Shown: positions 55,801-64,000 of the stretch, in pieces
Layout of the letters: the number at the start of each line of letters is the position of its first letter
Numbering within the stretch: the first letter of the stretch is position 1
DNA from: Nemertoderma westbladi
Taxonomy: Eukaryota; Animalia; Xenacoelomorpha
Length of the DNA: 64,000 nucleotides
Reading direction: 5' to 3'
Assembly (NCBI GenBank): GCA_032718475.1
Contig: JAUCBJ010001783.1
Coordinates: 5,677 to 69,676 of the forward strand
Translations under genes and position numbers: made by a program
Notes under the pieces: model-generated
Told to the model about the DNA's origin: nothing
Database searches by the model: none
Seen by the model: the letters and a program-made list of their open reading frames with translations, nothing else

Positions 55801-58800
55801 GGTTCCACAGGTAATAGCACCATTGCTCGAGTGGTGAGGTGGAGTGGTTCCCAGCCAGGCAATAGCACCATTGCTCGAGTGGTGAGGTGGAGTGGTTCCC
55901 AGCCAGGGCACCAGTGCTCGAGTGGTGAGGTGGAGTGGTTCCCAGCCAGGTAAAAGCACCATTGCTGGAGTGGTGAGGTGGAATGGTTCCCAGTCAGGTA
56001 ATAGCACCATTGCTCGAGTGGTGAGGTGGAGTGGTTCCCAGCCAGGTAATAGCACCATTGCTCGAGTGGTTAGGTGGGGTGGAGTGGTTCCCAGACAGGT
56101 AATAGCACCATTGCTCGAATGGTGAGGTGGAGTGGTTCCCAGTCAGGTAATAGCACCATTGCTGGAGTGGTGAGGTGGAGTGGTTCCCAGCCAGGTAATA
56201 GCACCATTGCTCGAGTGGTTAGGTGGGGTGGAGTGGTTCCCTGACAGGTAATAGCACCATTGCTCGAGTGGTTAGGTGGGGTGGAGTGGTTCCCAGCCAG
56301 GTAATAGCACCATTGCTGGAGTGGTGACTGGTGAGGTGGAGTGGTTCCCAGCCAGGTAATAGCACCATTGCTCGAGTGGTTAGGTGGGGTGGAGTGGTTC
56401 CCAGACAGGTAATAGCACCATTGCTGGAGTGGTGAGGTGGAGTGGTTCCCAGCCAGGCAATAGCACCATTGCTCGAGTGGTGAGGTGGAGTGGTTCCCAG
56501 CCAGGTAATAGCACCATTGCTGGGGTGGTGAGGTGGAGTGGTTCCCAGCCAGGTAATAGCACCATTGCTCGAGTGGTGAGGTGGAGTGGTTCCCAGCCAG
56601 GTAATAGCACCATTGCTCGAGTGGTGAGGTGGAGTGGTTCCCAGCCAGGTAATAGCACCATTTCTCGAGTGGTGAGGTGGAGTCGTTCCCAGCCAGGTAA
56701 TAGCACCATTGCTGGAGTGGTGAGGTGGAGTGGTTCCCAGCCAGGCAATAGCACCATTGCTCGAGTGGTGAGGTGGAGTGGTTCCCAGTCAGGTAATAGC
56801 ACCATTGCTGGGGTGGTGAGGTGGAGTGGTTCCCAGCCAGGTAAAAGCACCATTGCTCGAGTGGTGAAGTGGAGTGGTTCCCAGCCAGGTAATAGCACCA
56901 TTGCTGGGGTGGTGAGGTGGAGTGGTTCCCAGCCAGGCAATAGCACCATTGCTCGAGTGGTGAGGTGGAGTGGTTCCCAGACAGGTAATAGCACCATTGC
57001 TGGAGTGGTGAGGTGGAGTGGTTCCCAGCCAGGTAATAGCACCATTGCTGGAGTGGTGAGGTGGAATGGTTCCCAGCCAGGTATTAGCACCATTGCTGGA
57101 GTGGCGAGGTGGAATGGTTCCCAACCAGTTAATAGCACCATTGCTGGAGTGGTGAGGTGGAGTGGTTCCCAGCCAGGCAATAGCACCATTGCTCGAGTGG
57201 TGAGGTGGAGTGGTTCCCAGCCAGGTTATAGCACCAGTGCTCGAGTGGTGAGGTGGAGTGGTTCCCAGCCAGGTAATAGCACCATTGCTGGAGTGGTGAG
57301 GTGGAGTGGTTCCCAGCCAGGTAAAAGCACCATTGCTGGAGTGGTGAGGTGGAGTGGTTCCCAGCCAGGTAATAGCACCATTGCTGGAGTGGTGAGGTGG
57401 AATGGTTCCCAGTCAGGTAATAGCACCATTGCTCGAGTGGTGAGGTGGAGTGGTTCCCAGCCAGGCAATAGCAATAGCACCATTGCTCGTGTGGTGAGGT
57501 GGAGTGGTTCCCAGCCAGGTTATAGCACCAGTGCTCGAGTGGTGAGGTGGAGTGGTTCCCAGCCAGGTAAAAGCACCATTGCTGGAGTGGTGAGGTGGAA
57601 TGGTTCCCAGTCAGGTAATAGCACCATTGCTCGAGTGGTGAGGTGGAGTGGTTCCCAGTCAGGTTATAGCACCAGTGCTCGAGTGGTGAGGTGGAGTGGT
57701 TCCCAGACAGGTAATAGCACCATTGCTCGAGTGGTTAGGTGGGGTGGAGTGGTTCCCAGACAGGTAATAGCACCATTGCTCGAGTGGTGAGGTGGAGTGG
57801 TTCCCAGCCAGGTAATAGCACCATTGCTGGAGTGGTGAGGTGGAGTGGTTCCCAGCCAGGTAATTGCACCATTGCTCGAGTGGTTAGGTGGGGTGGAGTG
57901 GTTCCCAGCCAGGTAATAGCACCATTGCTGGAGTGGTGAGGTAGAGTGGTTCCCAGCCAGGCAATAGCACCATTGCTTGAGTGGTGAGGTGGAGTGGTTC
58001 CCAGCCAGGTAATAGCACCATTGCTGGGGTGGTGAGGTGGAGTGGTTCCCAGCCAGGTAATAGCACCATTGCTCGAGTGGTTAGGTGGGGTGGAGTGGTT
58101 CCCAGACAGGTAAAGGCACCATTGCTGGAGTGGTGAGGTGGAGTGGTTCCCAGCCAGGTAATAGCACCATTGCTGGAGTGGTGAGGTGGAATGGTTCCCA
58201 GCCAGGTATTAGCACCATTGCTGGAGTGGCGAGGTGGAATGGTTCTCAAGCTAGTTAATAGCACCATTGCTGGAGTGGTGAGGTGGAGTGGTTCCCAGCC
58301 AGGCAATAGCACCATTGCTCGAGTGGTGAGGAGGAGTGGTTCCCAGCCAGGTTATAGCACCAGTGCTCGAGTGGTGAGGTGGAGTGGTTCCCAGCCAGGT
58401 AATAGCACCATTGCTGGAGTGGTGAGGTGGAGTGGTCCCCAGCCAGGTAAAAGCACCATTGCTGGAGTGGTGAGGTGGAATGGTTCCCAGTCAGGTAATA
58501 GCACCATTGCTCGAGTGGTGAGGTGGAGTGGTTCCCAGCCAGGCAATAGCACCATTGCTCGAGTGGTGAGGTGGAGTGGTTCCCAGCCAGGTTATAGCAC
58601 CAGTGCTCGAGTGGTGAGGTGGAGTGGTTCCCAGCCAGGTAAAAGCACCATTGCTGGAGTGGTGAGGTGGAATGGTTCCCAGTCAGGTAATAGCACCATT
58701 GCTCGAGTGGTGAGGTGGAGTGGTTCCCAGTCAGGTTATAGCACCAGTGCTCGAGTGGTGAGGTGGAGTGGTTCCCAGACAGGTAATAGCACCATTGCTC

Positions 58801-60816
58801 GAGTGGGTAGGTGGGGTGGAGTGGTTCCCAGACAGGTAATAGCACAATTGCTCGAGTGGTGAGGTGGAGTGGTTCCCAGCCAGGTAATAGCACCATTGCT
58901 GGAGTGGTGAGGTGGAGTGGTTCCCAGCCAGGTGATAGCACCATTGCTCGAGTGGTTAGGTGGGGTGGATTGGTTCCCAGACAGGTAATAGCACCATTGC
59001 TCGAGTGGTTAGGTGGGGTGGAGTGGTTCCCAGCCAGGTAATAGCACCATTGCTGGAGTGGTGTGGTGAGGTGGAGTGGTTCCCAGCCAGGTAATAGCAC
59101 CATTGCTCGAGTGGTTAGGTGGGGTGGAGTGGTTCCCAGACAGGTAATAGCACCATTTCTCGAGTGGTGAGGTGGAGTGGTTCCCAGCCAGGTAATAGCA
59201 CCATTGCTGGAGTGGTGGGGTGGAGTGGTTCCCAGCCAGGTAATAGCACCATTGCTCGAGTGGTTAGGTGGGGTGGAGTGGTTCCCAGCCAGGTAATAGC
59301 ACTATTGCTGGAGTGGTGAGGTGGAGTGGAGTGGTTCCCAGACAGGTAATAGCACCATTTCTCGAGTGGTGAGGTGGAGTGGTTCCCAGCCAGGTAATAG
59401 CACCATTGCTCGAGTGGTTAGGTGGGGTGGAGTGGTTCCCAGACAGGTAATAGCACCATTGCTGGAGTGGTGAGGTGGAGTGGTTCCCAGCCAGGTAATA
59501 GCACCATTGCTCGAGTGGTTAGGTGGGGTGGAGTGGTTCCCAGACAGGTAATAGCACCATTTCTAGAGTGGTGAGGTGGAGTGGTTCCCAGCCAGGTAAT
59601 AGCACCATTGCTGGAGTGGTGGGGTGGAGTGGTTCCCAGCCAGGTAATAGCACCATTGCTCGAGTGGTTAGGTGGGGTGGAGTGGTTCCCAGCCAGGTAA
59701 TAGCACCATTGCTGGAGTGGTGAGGTGGAGTGGTTCCCAGCCAGGTAATAGCACCATTGCTCGAGTGGTTAGGTGGGGTGGAGTGGTTCCCAGACAGGTA
59801 ATAGCACCATTTCTCGAGTGGTGAGGTGGAGTGGTTCCCAGCCAGGTAATAGCACCATTGCTGGAGTGGTTAGGTGGAGTGGTTCCCAACCAGGTAATAG
59901 CACCATTGCTCGAGTGGTTAGGTGGGGTGGAGTGGTTCCCAGACAGGTAATAGCACCATTTCTCGAGTGGTGAGGTGGAGTGGTTCCCAGCCAGGTAATA
60001 GCACCATTGCTCGAGTGGTTAGGTGGGGTGGAGTGGTTCCCAGACAGGTAATAGCACCATTTCTCGAGTGGTGAGGTGGAGTGGTTCCCAGCCAGGTAAT
60101 AGCACCATTGCTGGAGTGGTGAGGTGGAGTGGTTCCCAGCCAGGTAATAGCACCATTGCTCGAGTGGTTAGGTGGGGTGGAGTGGTTCCCAGCCAGGTAA
60201 TAGCATCATTGCTGGAGTGGTGAGGTGGAGTGGTTCCCAGCCAGGTAATAGCACCATTGCTCGAGTGGTTAGGTGGGGTGGAGTGGTTCCCAGACAGGTA
60301 ATAGCACCATTTCTCGAGTGGTGAGGTGGAGTGGTTCCCAGCCAGATAATAGCACCATTGCTGGAGTGGTTAGGTGGAGTGGTTCCCAGCCAGGTAATAG
60401 CACCATTGCTCGAGTGGTTAGGTGGGGTGGAGTGGTTCCCAGCCAGGTAATAGCACCATTGCTCGAGTGGTTAGGTGAGGTGGAGTGGTTCCCAGCCAGG
60501 TAATAGCACCATTGCTCGAGTGGTTAGGTGGGGTGGAGTGGTTCCCAGACAGGTAATAGCACCATTGCTCGAGTGGTGAGGTGGAGTGGAGTGGTTCCCA
60601 GCCAGGCAATAGCACCATTGCTGGAGTGGTGAGGTGGAGTGGTTCCCAGCCAGGTAATAGCACCATTGCTCGAGTGGTTAGGTGGGGTGGAGTGGTTCCC
60701 AGACAGGTAATAGCACCATTGCTCGAGTGGTTAGGTGGAATGGTTCCCAGCCAGGTAATAGCACCATTGCTGGAGTGGTGAGGTGGAGTGGTTCCCTTCC
60801 CAGCCAGGTAATAGCA
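49844..60816. repeat. 48-bp G-rich satellite array in Vps34 intron 1 (roughly 190-200 units)
   Basis: Consensus GGTAATAGCACCATTGCT(G/C)GAGTGGTGAGGTGGAGTGGTTCCCAGCCA, with a 53-bp variant (TTAGGTGGGG). Interrupted at 52802-54163. Confidence 0.97.
52802..54163. mobile_element. Non-autonomous hAT-type element inserted in the satellite
   Basis: 15-bp TIRs tagtgttgagaactg / cagttctcaacacta; perfect 8-bp TSD GTAATAGC (52794-52801, 54164-54171); CAGTT(A/T) subterminal repeats; no transposase. Confidence 0.9.
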
Positions 60817-61937
60817 AGTATGTCATGGAATGATCCTTACAGACTTCTATGGGGAGATGGAAGTAGTGTGGAGATAAGGGCCAATAAGTTAATAATGTTT
60901 AGATCAATTAAAAACACATTTATTAAAGCAAATCACTTGAACTAAATAAAAACTATAATGGAATGGGGTATGGGGATTACATCTGTATAATTTTTAAGAA
61001 TAATTATTTAAATCTTATACTAGAAAATAATTAATTTCCATTAAAGGGCTGCAGAAAAATGACGTTTTTTACCGTAATCATCTTAATTAACTAATTAACT
61101 GGTATTATATTATTAGCTTCTCGAAGGCCAAACGCAAATTCAGCTTGTAACATTTCTAAACAGACTACTTGTGCACCTCCATTGTAATTATAAAGTCAAT
61201 TTATTTTACAAGTAAATCCGTTTCTTTTTATCTGTGTAGAACCTACCTAAATGTATCAGTTTTGACTTACAAATAATTCTAAAAAACCGTTTTATAAATC
61301 TGTAAGTCCTTTGATTATATTAAATGTATTAACTGGTAGTACATACTCATTGGTTTCTTTCGAAAAGGGAAATATTGTCTAACTAATGTTGTGTAATTAA
61401 TATCTCGTCTAAGCGAATTAACAATAATGGCATCTGAATTCAGTGGCATTCTAGCAGTCGCTTCGCTCGTACTAAAAACTTACTAAATCTCAAACACTCG
61501 GACGGAATAGTTGAATTACTCTAAACTGAAAATTTGTGAAAGGAGGTGTGTTTTCCGCTTTTTTTTACCTAGTTCCTTTGCATTGATTGTTCAGACTTCA
61601 GTCCTTGCATATCACTGTATCAACCGCCCACCTGTAGTAAGGTTTTTAACTTACTTACTGACTTAACGTGATGGAAAAATAATATAAATAATTATTTATG
61701 AATTTAATATTAGTGTTCAACCGCTGCATTGATATGCTATTAGTATTATTAGTGTGATATCGTGATAACAGTGTGGCAAACGGATAAGAAAATATAATAT
61801 TAAATGGTAGGACCGGACACTGTGATGATAAAACGACACTTCAAAATATTGTTAAAAATACGGTAAGCCTTAGGATTTAGTAAGCAAATGATAAATGCGT
61901 GAGCATGAGCAATCACACTGTCACATCACATACTCAC

Positions 61938-62469
61938 CCAATCTCGACATCTCGCTGGTAGAGTTGCTAGATTTGCCGGGTGTGGTTGTCTCCTCGTTTC
62001 CGTCAGCCACACAACCCTGCCACAACTGCAGGTCGTGCATCCCTTGACGCACCAACCCATACTTGCCGTACAATGGGATACACGTCCCTCCCACCAGACA
62101 GTCCCCCTGGGAACCGACATCCCATACGGTGAATGCGAGCAGCGTATCCCTGGGAGCGTCCGCGAACCTCAACGGGAGTTTAACCCACTCGTTCCAATTC
62201 CAACGGGTACTGAACGCCTTGTAGGATGTCTGGACGGGCGGGGCTAGCTCCCGACCCTGCGAATACAACGTTGTGACGACATACAGGTCGGATGGTTGGT
62301 CAATGTATGGACCGGTGTACTGCAGTAACGGATTCTCCAACAACTCACGGAAACCTGGTTTATCCCGATTTCCCTCCAACGATCCAACTTTTATCTGTAA
62401 ATGTTCCTGAAGGTCGTAGCTGTAGACATAATAAAACCGATCAGGGATTGTAAAATTGTCGATTGTCAT
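61938..62469 (-). CDS. PIK3C3: Vps34 / PI3K class III, exon 1 (C2 domain)
   Basis: DRFYYVYSYDL, IKVGSLEG, PVQTSYKAFSTRWNWNEW, RQGMHDL, TPGK, MSRLG; donor G|gtgagt. The three exons total 2829 nt, or 942 aa plus stop, in frame. Confidence 0.95.
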
Positions 62470-62782
62470 TTTCAAGTTCCGAGCGCAAGCGTCAGAATTT
62501 CATATAAGAGCAGTAGAGTAGACCAATAGAATACTAGAATACAGGAATAGTTATTAGGCTGTTAGGCCTACAAGTTGAAGTCTGGAAGAACTGCTGAACT
62601 GCAACGGGGGAGGGGGAATCTTAAGCTATAAGCCTACCTCCTCTCACCTCTGGGCAGATTTCTACATCTAAAAAAGAAACACATAAAAACGCATTGGTAG
62701 ATTCCTGGTTGGAAGACTGCAACACTGCAAGCAACTTATATAGAACTACTTCCTGATAGAACTACTTCCGGGAATATTATAC

Positions 62783-63142
62783 ATTATAATCCAGTAATCA
62801 AGGACTACTGCTTCAATAGTCCTTGATTATAATCTGTAATCGAGGACTACTGCTTCAGTAGTAGTCCTTGATTATAATCTGTAATCGAGGACTACTGCTT
62901 CAGTAGTCCTTGATTATAATCTGTAATCGAGGACTACTGCTTCAGTAGTCCTTGATTATAATCTGTAATCGAGGACTACTGCTTCAGTAGTCCTTGATTA
63001 TAATCTGTAATCGAGGACTACTGCTTCAGTAGTCCTTGATTATAATCTGTAATCGAGGACTACTGCTTCAGTAGTCCTTGATTATAATCTGTAATCGAGG
63101 ACTACTGCTTCAGTAGTCCTTGATTATAATCTGTAATCGAGG
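62783..63142. repeat. 42-bp doubly palindromic tandem repeat (~8.5 copies) upstream of Vps34
   Basis: Unit GATTATAATCTGTAATCGAGGACTACTGCTTCAGTAGTCCTT contains AGGACTACTG-ctt-CAGTAGTCCT and GATTATAATC. Confidence 0.93.
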
Positions 63143-63208
63143 TACCCGGTACCGTAGGTAGAAAGGGACGTACAGACGTACAAAATGTGAAACTTTATAC
63201 TGTGGATG

Positions 63209-64000
63209 TGTTCGCGCTTTCAGACCTTTGGCAGTTTAACCCACCAAATTAAGATGTCTTCTAGATATTAAATCAGTTTTTAGTCTATGACAAGTATTTG
63301 ATTCACTACACTAGTCGAAACCAATCCGTGCGCGACCATTCACCCGCTGGAGATTCCCGGGAGATTGGGTTCGACGGTTTAATTTTATTGCTATGTAAGC
63401 CTAATGTATTATTCGACTGACAGTATTATAATCTCTGACAATATTATTCACCTTCGGTAATATTAACAGTTCCTTTAGGACGTGGCGCTTTATCTACATA
63501 AACAGAGTTATGACTTAAACTACTCACAACGATATGGCTTAATTATAATTCACATATATGGCGCATTCTTTAGGAATTGCTTCTTTAACAGACTCACTCA
63601 TACACAATGCTGCACAATACTGCACACTAATCTGCCAATCTTCACTGATTTTAATCACATATAAAAGGAACACAGACTGAATCATGTAGGGTCTATCAAA
63701 TAACATTGGATTCACTTCAAACCACTTTAACATAAGTCACAATCGTTATTGGTAACCTTTCTCTCTTACCTTCGGTATATCAAGAATATTGGGTTTCGGG
63801 GTTATTTATCGTTATTCCAAATATAATAATTCATCAACCATATTATGAAGAACTGACGGTAAATAGCAGTATAAAACAACAATGAAAACACTGATTGTTA
63901 TGAGTTTGCAATGTTTCAGCAGTCAGTATGTATGATCAGTTAGCAGTGATTCCATGAGTCAGGTAGTTAAAGGATATATGTCCTTGTAATTAAACCGGGC
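63209..64000 (-). mobile_element. Diverged LTR of the same family as 16469-17708, running off the window end
   Basis: Begins tgttcgcgctttcagacc and is colinear with the other LTRs (gcgcgaccattcacccgctgga, attaacagttcctttaggacgtggcgct, ttcacttcaaaccactttaa) with many substitutions. Similarity is patchy after ~63875. Confidence 0.9.

Noticed and set aside
49844-60816. Possible CRISPR array or hammerhead-ribozyme satellite
   Set aside because: There are no spacers, and no CUGANGA plus GAAA core on either strand of the unit.
49778-60945. Dozens of ORFs of up to 468 aa with 16-aa periodicity
   Set aside because: They are by-products of a 48-bp (multiple of 3) satellite. They occur on both strands and in several frames, break at the 53-bp variants, and lie within a Vps34 intron.
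62783-63142. CRISPR-like palindromic repeats
   Set aside because: Units are head-to-tail with no unique spacers, there are no cas genes, and the context is eukaryotic.

Overview
AT-rich, transposon-dense eukaryotic (very probably invertebrate animal) genomic DNA; the species cannot be determined from the sequence. There are four host genes: an intronless SLC18B1-like MFS transporter, an intronless PTCD2-like mitochondrial PPR protein, an intronless LENG9-like protein (RWD, CCCH, MJ1316 and 2H domains), and Vps34/PIK3C3 in three exons. The first Vps34 intron (13.2 kb) is mostly a 48-bp G-rich satellite interrupted by a hAT-type MITE. Mobile DNA includes decayed LINEs (RTE, CRE-like, an ORF1+APE LINE), a near-intact L2/CR1-group ORF2, a decayed Gypsy element, several MITEs and a foldback element. 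The most interesting object is a young 12.6-kb BEL/Pao-derived LTR element (16469-29076, minus strand, 1240-bp LTRs, CCTAC target duplication). It keeps gag and protease but has lost RT and integrase through frame-preserving deletions. It has no tRNA-type PBS; instead the 12 nt after the 5' LTR are perfectly complementary to a site inside that LTR, which suggests Tf1-like self-priming. It also carries a hairpin-rich 3' region and a decayed accessory ORF. All family calls come from motif recognition by eye; no searches were run.
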